A stretch of DNA of 64,000 nucleotides from Tricharina praecox (taxonomy: Eukaryota). Shown in pieces: positions 1-12,072 of this stretch; positions within the stretch are counted from its first letter, which is position 1; every line of letters starts with the position of its first letter. Below the pieces are notes generated by a model. The model searched no databases, was not told where the DNA came from, and saw only the letters and a program-made list of their open reading frames with translations. The stretch is from positions 248,001-312,000 of the forward strand of contig NW_026250418.1 of the NCBI RefSeq assembly GCF_024521635.1, read 5' to 3'. Both the position numbers and the translations under genes were made by a program.

Positions 1-150
1 CGGGAGCTCGCTGCCATCCGGGCGCTGGTGCCCGGTGAAATGGCTGCGGGAGGCGATCAGCGCTCCCACTCCGAGGCGGGCTGTTGCGGGCTGGCTCTGG
101 ACAATTGCCCGGGTCAGGGCACGAGCCGTGGTGGTGAGCTGGGGAGGCAT
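1..150 (-). CDS. 5' end of a divergently transcribed gene running off the window; N-terminus resembles a mitochondrial presequence
   Basis: ATG at 150 opens a stop-free frame to position 1: MPPQLTTTARALTRAIVQSQPATARLGVGALIASRSHF..., Arg/Ala/Thr-rich with no acidic residues early. Head-to-head with NOT4. Confidence 0.45.
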   Translation of the reverse strand, partial: MPPQLTTTARALTRAIVQSQPATARLGVGALIASRSHFTGHQRPDGSELP

Positions 151-738
151 TGTGGTGATGCGGTCGGGTGGGGTGGGGTGGCGGTGGTGGGGGTGGACGA
201 GATGGTGAGGGTGAATGCGGGTTGGCCGGGTGTTGCGGTTCAGATGATGGTCGTGAAGTCACCACACCTCCAATTGGACGCGGGGTGGTGGCACTCGAAA
301 GAGGAGAATCGTAATTGGCTGTTAGTAATCTCGCCCACCGTCTTGGCGGAAAGCAAGACAGACTTCACTTCACCGCTTTTGCAGCTTACCCTCCGAACCG
401 CAACTACAACCCGCCCCCGGAAGACCAGAACGGCCCGCCAACGAACAAACAACTTTATCCTCCCGCCTTCCCTCCCTCCTTCTGCATACATCAATCCCAT
501 CCTCCGTCCCCACTACTACCACCGCTACTACTCCCCACGTACCTACACTTACCACCACCCTCCCACCCACCTCCCATCCCCCCTCCTCCCCCACACACTT
601 ACTAAGAAGGTTTTTGTCCTACTACCTACACCACACCGGTCGACATCACCTCTAATACTACCGACCTTACCTCCCTCAACCATACCTACCACCACCGCCC
701 GCACCACCTCCCCACTTCCTACGCAAGCACCACAAGCA

Positions 739-3511
739 ATGTCGCGACTACAGCAAGACACCTTCATTGACGAAGAGGAAGAATACTGGTTTGCCTTTGC
801 CCTCCCTCCCCGCCATGCTATCCTTTTCCCCGCCAAACTCTCTAATCGCGCCCCGCTCGGTATAGTCCTCTTTGCGTGGAGGAGTTTGACGTCCAAGATC
901 GTAACTTCAAACCGTGCCCCTGCGGCTATCAGGTATAGCTCCCTGCTGTTGAATCTGGAGGACGACATGGGAGAATGTGTGTTGATGTGTAGCTGCCTGC
1001 GAACATAGATTTGCCAGTTTTGCTTCAACAATATCAGGACCAACCTCAACGGCCTCTGTCCGGCGTGCCGGAGGGAGTACCGCGAGGAGACGATTGAGTA
1101 CAAGGCGATCACTGCGGAGGAGTATGATGTCCTTGTCGATTGAAGGGGCGAAGTGGGGTGGGTGATTTATGGGCTAATGCTGGCGTAGATTGAAAGCTGA
1201 AGACAGCAAGAAGAAACGCCTCGCTAGCGAGAAACGAAAGCACGAAGCACAGAAACGCGAGATCGAAGCGCTCAACCGCAAACATCTCTCTGGCCTCCGA
1301 GTGATCCAGCGGAATCTGGTATATGTTACTGGACTCAACCCCCGGATCCGCGAGGAAGAGCTGCTTGCGACGCTGCGCGGCGATCAGTACTTCGGACAGT
1401 ACGGGAAGATCCTCAAGATCGTCGTCAACAAGCGGACTGCTCAGGGGAGTCCTGGGCAGGTGCACCACAGCTCGCATCAGGACTCTCAGGGATTGGGTGT
1501 CTACGTCACGTTCTCGAATAAAAATGAGGCGGAGAAGTGCATTGCTGCTGTCGACGGTAGTGAGAATGGTGACCGCACCCTGAGGGCTACCTACGGCACT
1601 ACGAAGTACTGCTCGGCCTACCTTCGGAATGAAACTTGTCCAAATAAGAATTGCATGTTTCTACACGAACCGGGCGAGGAAGCAGAGTCATTTAGCAGGA
1701 TGGAGCTGTCTACGGCCAACTCGAGGCAGAACAATCAGGGGAAGGAGCAGCTGCAGCAGCTGCAGCAGCACAGTGCGTATGGTCACCAGCCGCAGCCTTC
1801 GAGACCGCCCCAGAGAGAACATCATCCGACAGCGCCGCATCACGAAATGGCAAGGACGAACTCCCACGTAGGGTCCGCTGCTGGGGATGCCGATGGAGCA
1901 TCGGCGTTGCCCTCGACGGCGAATTGGGCTAAGAACCCCCCTACCCCGGCGTCTCGTCCAGCTTCTCTGGTGCACTCGATTGCAAGCAACCAGATGCCTT
2001 CGAAGGTTTCCACGCCTAGTCCGAAGGATATACCGGCTTCGCCGCTGGCTCTGGCACAGCACGTCCTGAGTGCCCGAGATCGGGAAAATGGAAAGAAGGC
2101 GCCGGATCGCACGAAACCATCGGTACCGTCTCCTACGATGTCTACTTCCTCGGGTGTATCAAACGCGAACGGGAAATCGGTGGGAGTCATAGGACAGCCC
2201 GTACCGGCCCCCGTTACGAAACCACCAACCCCAGCACCAGCTCCACCCCCGGTCGTGGTGGCTAAGCCGAAAGCACCAGCAGTGCAGGCGATTCCTACTG
2301 CCTTGGTGGAGCAGATGCAACGAATGCAACGGATGCAGCGGGCTATCACCAATCCGAATTTCAGGTTTGTGCTGTCGCCGACGGCCTTTTCGGCCGAGGA
2401 ATTCGAGCAGTTGTGCAAGTTCCCGCCCATGTTCGACAAACACGGTGGTAGGCGAAGACGGGAAGTCATGGAGAAGATGAAGAAGCAGGCGGTAGAGTCC
2501 GGAGGCGAGAAAGTGGCTCAGCAGTCTCCTGCCGGGACGGCCGCCGCCCCTCCACCCATGGGATTGCCGTTGCGGGGGCTCACTCCGCTGCAGCAACAGC
2601 AGCATCGTGATGTCAGTGGACAGCAGTTGCAGAACCTCCAGGGCCTCGGTGCTCTTCAGCAGGAGTCTTTACTGCAACAACAGCAACACCAGCAGCAACA
2701 CCAGCAGCAGCAGCAATCCGCGCTTCGAACCCAAACTCCTCAGAGCCTCCTGCAGCAAGCTAGTGGTCAACAAGGCTTCAGTGGTGCTTTCCAGGGTCAA
2801 GGTCAAGGACCTATGGGTCCGCCGCACCAGGGTGGTGGTCACACTCGGCAGTCATCCAGGTATACTTTCGCAAACGACAACCCTCTGACGGCCGGAACGA
2901 GTGTCAATGCTCGCAGTAACGCCGCACATATGGCCGAGCAGATCCGCATGATGCCTCCCCAGCAACAGCAGCAGATGCCCCACCAACAGCAACTCGCACA
3001 GATGTACGGTAGTGCGCCTAGTCTCGGCGGTTCTCTGTTGGGGTCTGTCCAGCAGCCGCCTCCAGGGCTCAAGAACGCGCCAACTCCACCTGCACCCGGC
3101 CTCGGTGGTATTCCCATGGGCAACATCCCTGGCCTCGGACAGTTCTCTGGCATGGGATTGGGTGGCCATCACGGAAAGAGCGAGGGCGAGAACCTGCTGC
3201 TTCGGGAGCTGCTGGCTGGAAACGGTGCTCCGCGCCTGGGTGGTGCGTCGAGTACGTCCCTGACGAGGGGTGGTGACGGGAAGCGTAATGTCCCGTTATC
3301 CACAGGAGGAAGACCTGGATTTACTGACCGGCGCGGCATAGTTGATCTTGGAGACCCCAGCATCCTTCAGGCGCGAGTTGCCCAACCCCATCACCAGATG
3401 CAACAGCAACAGCAGCAACACCAGGGGCTTCAAGCCGCAGGACAGGGCCAACAAGGTGGGTACAATCCCATGAACTATTACGCTAGCGCGCAGGCCGCTG
3501 GTAGATGGTAG
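739..3511 (+). CDS. NOT4: CCR4-NOT E3 ubiquitin ligase Not4/Mot2, short isoform (RING + RRM + CCCH + Q-rich tail)
   Basis: Exons 739-788, 866-932, 1009-1121, 1189-3284, 3342-3511; the 57-nt in-frame intron 3285-3341 is probable. Spliced RING reads CPLCVEEFDVQDRNFKPCPCGYQICQFC...CPACR. RRM RVIQRNLVYVTGL...YFGQYGKI; YGTTKYCSAYLRNETCPNKNCMFLHE. Confidence 0.95.
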
Positions 3512-4472
3512 TTCGGACAGGCAGGCAGACAGGCAGGCACAGGACACACGCAGAGATGATACGATCAATTGGACCATGCAATGCTTTCCTTTTTCCACAC
3601 GCGCGGACTAATCATGATTCTTCTTCCTTTCCTTCCTTTATTCGGCGTCTTCTACTCTATATGGGGAGTGTGGTTTTTGTTCATTACTTCTTTTGCTTTC
3701 GACTTTATGGGTTGTAAGTTCGTCTGCTTCTGCTTCTGCTTTGTTTTGTTATTGATTCAAAGGTTTCCTTCTCCTTTTCCCATTCCTTGTCTTTTGCTGT
3801 GCTTGTGTTTGGAGGGGGTAAATACCTGACAGACATGTTTTACCGGGAGGGTTTGACTTTCTAGTGATTGTTTTTCGTTTTCTTTTTGGGTCTACGTTTG
3901 TCCGACTACTCTTGTTTTCCTTTTTCGTCTATCCTCATGGGATGTTTCTTTTTTGGCATTCGGGGTCGGTATGTATATGGGAGGTCAAGGAGTACGACCC
4001 GGCGGCAGTCATCACCAAGAAATGGGTTACGGGGGCGTTACATACCATACTAACTTTCATGTACGTTGTCTATACCTCTTTTTCTCCTTTTTTTTTTTTT
4101 TTTTTTTTTGCAGAGAGCGTCGTCATTACTTCTATTATACTTTGTGGGACGGTGGAGCGGGGGAATGCAACACAATATTTTTTCTCTGCAACAAAGCAAT
4201 AACTGATGGTGCTTCGCGCTGCGTGATTACTTTTTGTAGGGTTGCTGTCCTTCCTTCCTTCCTTCCTTTCACCTTCGTCTGCGTTCATTCTGTCTGCTGC
4301 GTACTATCTCTACTAACCACCAAGACGTGTTCATCTGCTGCTGCTTGTCCGACTACTACTAACTAACCTCCACGACCTGCCTGCCTGTCTGCCTCCCGGA
4401 CTACTAACTACCGTTTGCGTGATTTTGAGTTGATGTGGAAGGGATGGAAATGCTAAGGGGTATTTGTAGCAG

Positions 4473-5854
4473 ATTTCGGACCTCTCATTCCTACGGGACC
4501 GAGGATTCGTGTGCCCGCTCCTGCGCCCGCCACTACTACTACTACGCCTGCAGCTGCGACTCCGGTGCCCGTTACGCCGATCGTGAGTGACGAGGATTTC
4601 CCGGCTCTTGCGCCGCCGCAGGCTGCTGTGGGCACCGGAGTGTTGATCGGGAAGAAGGAGAAGAAGGAGCGGAAGAGAAGGGAGAAGAAGGAGGGGAGAG
4701 ATGGTAAGGAGGAGGAGACTGAGGAGGTGAAGGATGGAGTGGAGAAGACGGCGGAGGTGGAGAAATTGGTGGAAGTCGTGGAGAAGAAGGAGATCAAGAC
4801 GGCGAAGGTCGAGGAGACGCTCCCTATGGTCGTCGAGATCTCGGCCACTCCCGGTCCTTCCAAAGGCACAGAGAAGGAGGAGAGAAAGCCTCCAGCTTCA
4901 GCCTTCGAGCCCTCGGAGCCCTCCACCAAGCGCCAGGGCCCCCTGATGATGCGCATCCTCTCCAAAGATTCCCTACGTTCGGTCCCCTCGACTGTCTCCG
5001 ACATGACCGAGAGTCGTCCTTCCACGCCCCTCATCAACAAGCCGATCACTGGCCCTGCGCTGGCGGATATGCCTCTGGTAGTGACCAAGACCAAGAGCGC
5101 CTTGAAGAAGGAGCGGCTTGCTGCTCTGAAAGAGAAGGAGCGCTTCGAGGCCGAGGCTCTCGCCGCCGCGCGGGCAAATGATGTTCAAGCTCCCCTCGTG
5201 GGCCGGATGAAGAAGAAAAAAGAGGCGAAGCTTTCCGCCAGGAAAACTTCCGACAAGTCTACTGTCGGCGACACGGAGGACACAGCCTCGGAGCGCCCGA
5301 CCTCCGACACCGTCTCGGTAGCCGACACCACCGACCTCCCGCTCCCCCTCCCGCGCCCCGCGGAGCCAGAGCACAAAACCCCCATCCAGCTAATCTCGGA
5401 GATCCTCTATTCCCACTCCTCGCTGCTCCGCTATGAAATGTTCAAGCCCCATCTGCCAGGCCTGAAGTGGGAATCGATGATTTCGCCCGAAGACCTGCTG
5501 CTGCTCCGCAGCACCGCGGCGAACTCGCTCACCACCGCCGCCATGCCGCTCTCGCTCTTCGAGTCCCGCATCTTTGTGTCCCCCGCGGGCAGCACGCTCC
5601 ACGGCTTGAGCGCGGAACAGGAGGAGCGCTACGTGCAGCTCGAGAAGGAGCAGAAGTTCAAGGACGGCCGCATCAACCGCGAGGGCATAGACGCGCTGTG
5701 GAAGCCGAGCGTACCCGAGATGGAAGCGCGAGGCGAGAAGTCCGCCAAGGAACTTGAGGCCGCCGTCAAGGAGAGCAGGAAGATCGCTGAGGGATACGAG
5801 AAGAAGTGCGAGAAACTCGCCAAGAGGAATCGTAAAATCATGGGCTTGGTTTGA
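4473..5854 (+). CDS. NOT4: Probable alternative terminal exon of NOT4 (long isoform): Lys/Glu-rich, DEDFPAL motif, C-terminal coiled coil
   Basis: The frame lacks a 5' ATG but is preceded by branch GCTAAG and a TAGCAG acceptor (AG 4471-4472). The acceptor is phase 1, matching the phase-1 donor AAG|GTGGGT at 3456. Confidence 0.7.
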
Positions 5855-7251
5855 CTTATTACCTGCCTGTGTGGCCTCTGGTGCTGGTTTTTTTTTCTGG
5901 GCCTGGCTTTGGCGCTGGCCTGCTGCTTTGAGCGATTCGATGGGCATGGATGGGCGCTTGTTGTACTTTTACTTTTACTTTTGCTGCGCGCGCGGTTGAC
6001 TGATGACTGATGCATGACTGATGGATGGCTAGACGTGTGTGTCGCCTGTTAATTGTTGGGAAGGGGAGAGGGATACCCATTACCTACATACCTCGGTGCT
6101 TTGCTTTGCTTTGCTTGGTGATAGCGATCGAGAAAATGAATATGCGATTAGATGCGATTAGATGTGTGCATGATAATGATACTAGTACTGTGATGCGCTG
6201 TGCTGTCAACAAGCGATCGATGTGAAGCCGTTGAGTGTTCCGGGGAGGGAGATGGTATGGTATAGGTACTCATCCCAATCATCCCAATCATGTAGCGCGG
6301 TGTTTGTGCTTTTTTTTTTATGGGAATTGGCGAAGGAGCGCTTGAAGATTCAATGGATAGATATTTTACACTGGGTACTACTGTGTTGATACTGCGGTGG
6401 ATAGGTACCTGATACGATCACGCAGCTGTGCCAGTACCAGTACCAGTGACAGCAGTGCGTAGAGTAGTTGGTCCGGACTCGTATGATACCGGAATCCGGC
6501 GTCGGCATCGGCCTCATTTTATATACCAGTTCTTGGAGTGGAATGAGCCCCTCACTCTCAGGTCTGCTCGAACCATCCATCAGTCTTGCGTGCCTACCTT
6601 TTTTTTTTTTGGTTTCTTCGTACCTATTCACTCTTCAGTAAGATCTTCGCACTGTATGAGCAACCACCTACGAGTACATTACCCACCATCAACTTCAGCA
6701 TTCCCCCTCCCCTTCCCACACCACATCACAAGACATCACTCGACTTTACCGCAGGTACGGCACTCAAGAAGTAGAAACAATGGCCATTCCATTCCGCACC
6801 CTCCCCACAAACCGTGCGGCATATCAATTGATCAAGCAACACAACACGACACAACACGACACAACGAAAGCAAAGAAGAACGCAGGGGAAAAACGCTATT
6901 CCGAATTATCAAAAAGAGAAGGAAAAAAAAAGAAAGAAAAAAGAAAAAAAAACAACACACTAAATGCCATACAATTCCCATCATCATTCCCTTATCATCC
7001 CTTATTCCATTCAAAGTGTAGAAAGTAACTATCAAGGCAAGAGTAAGGTAAGGTAACACGCCGAAGAAAAAGAACGAAGAAAAAAAACGCAAGGAAAAAA
7101 GTATTCAATCATTTTCCAATGTAGATGGATAGGATAGGATCACCTTCATCCATCCACCAATACAATAAATCTGATCGAGTACTACTGCTGCTGCTGTAGC
7201 ACAGCCATCTTCATCCTCTCACTGCGAGTAGCGTCCGTGCTTGACCAAGTG

Positions 7252-9879
7252 CTATTCGGTCTGTGCAGGTGCACCACCGCCCTCTCCGCCCTCTCCGAAC
7301 CGTCCCCCACGCTTGCCACCGCCACCGCCACGACCACCACGACCAACACCTCTCTCGAAGCCTTGGCCTCGCGGCTTCCCTCCCCTGCCGCCGCCGAAGC
7401 CGCCACGCCTGTAGCCGGGACCTGAGTTGTCGCTCTCGCTAGTGTTACCTCCTATGGCTTGGCCTCTGCTCCACTTGCTCGAGTCGATGCCTCCGCCGCG
7501 GCTGACGCGGTGCTCCGGGTGTCCCCGTCGATTGGGGCCCATGTCCAGGGGCTTGAAGTGAACCCTGGTGTCATCTCGGTCGAAGTTGCGGGTGGTAAGT
7601 TCTTTGGGAAGCTTGTTGAGGATCTCACGTGCCTGCTCATCCGTCTCGGTGTATAACAAGTGGTACAACCCCCCGGTCTTGCTGGTCTTCTCCTGAATAT
7701 CGACAATGTACTTGCGGACGTCTTCCGAGATCAGTTCCTTGACGGCAGTGACTGTCGCAGCGTTCTGAACGTGGAGGCCGTACTTGCTCCTGTAATTCGG
7801 TCCCTCGGCAACCGGGGTAGCTGGGTTCGAAGAATGGCCAGTCGAGGGGACCAACGGCTCGCGTGTGTCTTCCTCCTGAGCTCCGTTGCTGTTCCCGGGT
7901 TTCTGCTCCTCCGGCGATGATGGCTCCGGGGCGGCGGCGGGAGTGGGGGCCCTATTGGCCACAGCAGGGGCCGGACGGGGGGTCGCAGGCTTCACTGCCG
8001 GAACAGCGGGCTCGATTCTTGGAGATGGGCCTGTGGGCGGCGGGGGCGAGGTCCTGGCGGGATTCGACACGTTCTTCCTCGGGCCCAACGGAACAGCCGG
8101 GGCGATTGGCGTCTGTGCGGTTGGAGCAGGTGGGGGTGCAACCGGCTGCGATGGCGGAAGAGCCTGCTGGTAACCGGGGTGCGGGATCTTGCCTCCTCTG
8201 TGAGAGAAGTTGAATCCTTGAGCCTTCATCTCCGTACCGATCCTACCACCCTCGATTTCCAAAATGAGCCAGCCAAAGGCGGCATCAGCCAAGTTAAAGT
8301 TCCACATGTTCTTGAAAGCCGATTCGTCCACCTGGCCAGCTCCGGGGGCATTGCTAGCGGATGGACCACCGAAGGGGTTGCCACCGTTAGCGCTAGTCGG
8401 CATCTTTTCGATAAACGCTAACGCATTCTCAAGAAGTCGTTGCTGCCGCGCGCTCTGCTCGACGGCTGGTTGAACCTCTCCCTTAACGGTTTCCCAGACA
8501 TCATTGAACGAGGCTTTCGACGACGCAAGCTTGCCGCGGTAGTAGTCGAGACTGGGGTTGACGCTGAACTCGTTGTAGGAGCTTCCGTAACGGAAATGGA
8601 GACCTGCAGAGATCGAGAAATCCGCTTTCAGGGTTACGGAGAGCTGGTTGAGCAAGCCTTCCCTCGCCGGGGAATTGTGGGTGATGAAGATTCTGGTTTC
8701 CGCGGGATCGTAGACGCGAGTCGCAGTGTCGATGAGATCTCCCATCTGCAGGAGGGTGGTCCACATAGTTCCTTGGCCACCGGCGATTGTAGTCTTTCCC
8801 TCACCATTGTCAAATAGTTTGTGCATGACAACAGCACCACCGAGACCCAGTAACCGAAGCTTGACTCCACCGACATCTAGAAGGCGCGAAGAAGCCTCGT
8901 CGATGATGTGAAGGTTTGGAACCTTGTATTCGCCGGAACGGAATCTCTCCAGAACACGGACATCCTCGCACGCACCCCACACGGTGTAGACAGGGACATC
9001 GAGGGAGTAAGTTCCGTTCAGGAACAGAGGTAGCTCGGACAGCGCATGTGGTACCTGCTGGACGAGTGACTTGATATTCTGGGGTCCGGGAGCCTGGACC
9101 TGTTTCTTGAGCGAATCCTCGAGGAGGGGTGAGTACTGAACCACATGGCGCAGGGTCCTGTTTTACGAAAACGGCAGGTGTCAGCTAGCTGTTCTGTTCC
9201 GGTGTGGTTTTTTTTTCTTTTTCCGACAAGCGCGAAAAATAGCTGGCAAGCACGGGCGGGGAGAAAACAAACTTGTCAGCGATCCTCTCGAGAGAGCTGT
9301 CGTCGTAGAATCCGAAATCACCGGTGTGGATGATGTAGTCGGCATTCGCCTTCTTGGCCAGCTCGTTCAGAGTTCGGAGATGACCTGGAGAAGAATTCCG
9401 GGTCAGTACGATCGCCACCATTTCCACAGGCTACCGGCCGAACACACGACACGACATGGGGTGCCGTGTGTGTGGGATGGAGGAAGCGAACAAACCTCTA
9501 ACATCAGCGACACATAGGACTCTAGCACCGCTCTTCTCGATTATCTTCGTGTTTGGAGGGAGGCCAGCAACACCGAGGGGCTGTGGCATTCCGGTGACGG
9601 ATCCATTTGGCAGATATTGCTGATGAACACTGCCGAACTGGGGCGGGGTGCGATGCTGCGGTGGTAACTGTGAGGTGGCAGAAAGGTCAGTTCGAACGAC
9701 TCCATCGGTCGGCCGCGATGGACGGAGCTAGAGGGGGAGCAGAGGAAGGGCAGGAAGTGGAGGAGGAGGAGAAGAAGGCATAATATTGAATGACAGGTGT
9801 GAGGTGATGATGGAAGACTGCCTGACTGGGTGGGGGGAGGGGGGTTGCAGCGGAAGGTACAGGAACTTACAGTAGTCAT
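7252..9879 (-). CDS. Calcineurin-like metallophosphoesterase family protein (DUF2433-type) with Pro-rich region and RGG-rich C-terminus
   Basis: Micro first exon ATG ACT ACT|GTAAGT at 9879. Spliced motifs RVLCVADVRG, IIHTGDFGFYD, VYTVWGACED, FITHNSPAREG, SAGLHFRYG. Stop at 7252-7254. Confidence 0.85.
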
Positions 9880-10886
9880 CTGGCTGTGGTGGGATGTGTA
9901 TTAAAGTGTTACGGGGAACAACAGAGTAAGAAGGAGAAGTCGCGCGTGGATCAGGCTGCTTCGGGTGACCCAAGGCGGTGTGTAGATTCGTGCTTTGGTG
10001 GAGGAGTTGTGGAAAGTAGAGGTGGTGGTGGAGGTGGTAGGGCGTAAGGTGGGAGGATGAGGTGGAGGGTTTCGGTGGTTGTTGTTGTTGGTGTTGGGGT
10101 GGTGAAAGCGGTGGACTCTGGAGGGGGCTTGAAAACTGGCGATTGACGACGAGGCGCGCTGAACGATGGGAAGGACGGGGAAGCGAAGCACTTACTGTAA
10201 AGTAGGATGCGGCTACTAACTACTGCTAACTACTCTACATATCGCACAACGCATTCGGGAGTGTACGACCACCACTCTCCACGTAGGTAGGGCAAAGAAT
10301 GACCAGCTAAGAAAATCTCAAGGCTTAAGAAGAACCTAAAACAAGAGGAACTTCTTGCAGACGAGAGTCTATAGCTTTTGCGGACTCGTTCACTCGAGAA
10401 CACTCGGCTCGGAGACCCGGTCCAACAGGAGAAAGCAAGTGAGTCGAGCTGTCTGAATCTCCTCTTTGCTTTTCACCGTGTCCACGGCATTCCAGCCCTT
10501 CAGGAATGTCTTCGCACAGTGAGCTCTCGTATCACGAGTGCGGACTTACCACGGGACCAACCCGAGCACAATAAAGCAAACAAATTTTCCGTTTTTAATA
10601 TCGCTTAATCCGACCCTGCGTCACCTCATAGTATAAGGGTTCTATGGTCTGTATATCACTCGATGCTCCTTGCTTTGGCGGGAGTGATCTGCGATGTGCA
10701 AATTCGTAGACTTGATCGATGATAGATATAGGAAACCGCTATGGTAAACAGGCTTCTTGGCTCGTGAGGTATGTACATCGTACCAGCAATACTCATACAA
10801 GTAATACTCATACAAGTAATACCCGTGGGGGGATTTGGAGTGGAAGTCTGACGTGAGATTCCACGTTGCACGGCACGGCACCATTT

Positions 10887-11671
10887 CTACTTCTTCTCCA
10901 GCCCCAACTCCACAATCTCCGCCTGACCCATAACCCAGACCTTCCCGCCATTCTTCCCCTCCTTCGTTTGTCTCCCGGTCCAGACATCCTCCTCCAGGGC
11001 GGCCCTCACCGCCGCACGGGCAATGGTGCCCGCATCCTGCGCCCAACAGTTCTTCATAGCGGGACTCAACCAACCCATAAAGTTGGCAACCGAATGCAGC
11101 GGCTGCTCAAGGGTCCTCTTGCTCTCCCTCTCGCCGACGATCAATCCCGGGCGGAGGAGCACACATTTTTCGAATCCCAGCGCCGACACCTCGTCCTCGA
11201 GCTCCCCCTTCATCGCGGCGTAGCCGACCATGCTCTGCGCATGCGCCCCACCGCTTGAGATCAGCACGTACGTTGTCACGCCGGCGGCCTTGGCCGCCTT
11301 CGCCACCGCAAGGTTCAGGTCGAAGTCGACCTTTCTGCGGGCTTCGGCGGAGCCGGCGGCCGCGAGCGTGGTGCCGAGGCCCGAGAAGAGGATGTGGCTG
11401 GAGGTCGAGGAGAGGATCCCAGGTAGCTCGGAGGCCCACGTTTCGTTGGAGGGGGAGACGGTGGTGCGGAGTTTGTTGGAGGGATCGGCGATGGGTTGCG
11501 GAGGCGAGCGCCGGAGGAGTGTGGCGACGGTGCTGATTTGAGGGTGCGCGAGGAGCTGCGAGAGGATGTGCGAGCCCTGTGATCGTCAGTTCAACTGCTC
11601 TGTGCGCCGAAGCTGGAGCTCCATACCACCAGCCCGGTGCTCCCGACTACGGCGGCGGAGGTTGCGGTCAT
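10887..11671 (-). CDS. FMP52: FMP52-like NAD(P)-binding Rossmann protein (TIP30/HTATIP2-like)
   Basis: MTATSAAVVGSTGLV|intron|GSHILSQLL..., FSGLGTTLAAAGS..QRKVDFDLNL, YVLISSGGA, YAAMKGELE, LRPGLIVGER. Confidence 0.9.
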
Positions 11672-11777
11672 TGCTTTGTGGTTGTTGGGTAAGTTGGAGA
11701 CGGAATAGCTCCGAAGTTGGAAGGCTATGTGACGAAGTCTTGCTTCTTATCGCTGTGGGTTTCCCGGGGCGGGGCTA

Positions 11778-12072
11778 TCCCTTTGGTCGTTTCCACGGCC
11801 CCGAGCTACGGCACCAGCGGTGGGGGGATGGGTGGGTGGAGGCGACTAGTGTGTAAGTTATTATGTCAGGCGATGTCAAGTGGTATGGTGAGGCGACTGT
11901 GCGGCTGACTAAGGGATCCTTCGCCGCCGCCGCACCACCTATGCCAGCACCACAAGCCAGCCTTCTTCAGCCGGCTGATGGGCTGTTACTTGCTAGTAAT
12001 CAAATTCGGACTACCTCCAGTGTCCCCCACTTGCCCCCCGTTGCCGTGAAATATTTTTGACGAGGGAAGGGA
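11778..12072. mobile_element. ~295-bp dispersed repeat, copy 1 (MITE-like, short TIR, TA flanks)
   Basis: Clearly similar to 23057-23353. Ends are TA|TCCCTT...AAGGGA|TA, with an imperfect TIR TCCCTTnnnTCGT. Confidence 0.7.

Noticed and set aside
28..1008. 326-aa + strand ORF
   Set aside because: It runs through the NOT4 promoter/UTR, first exons and introns, and antisense to the upstream gene; low complexity and not a coherent protein.
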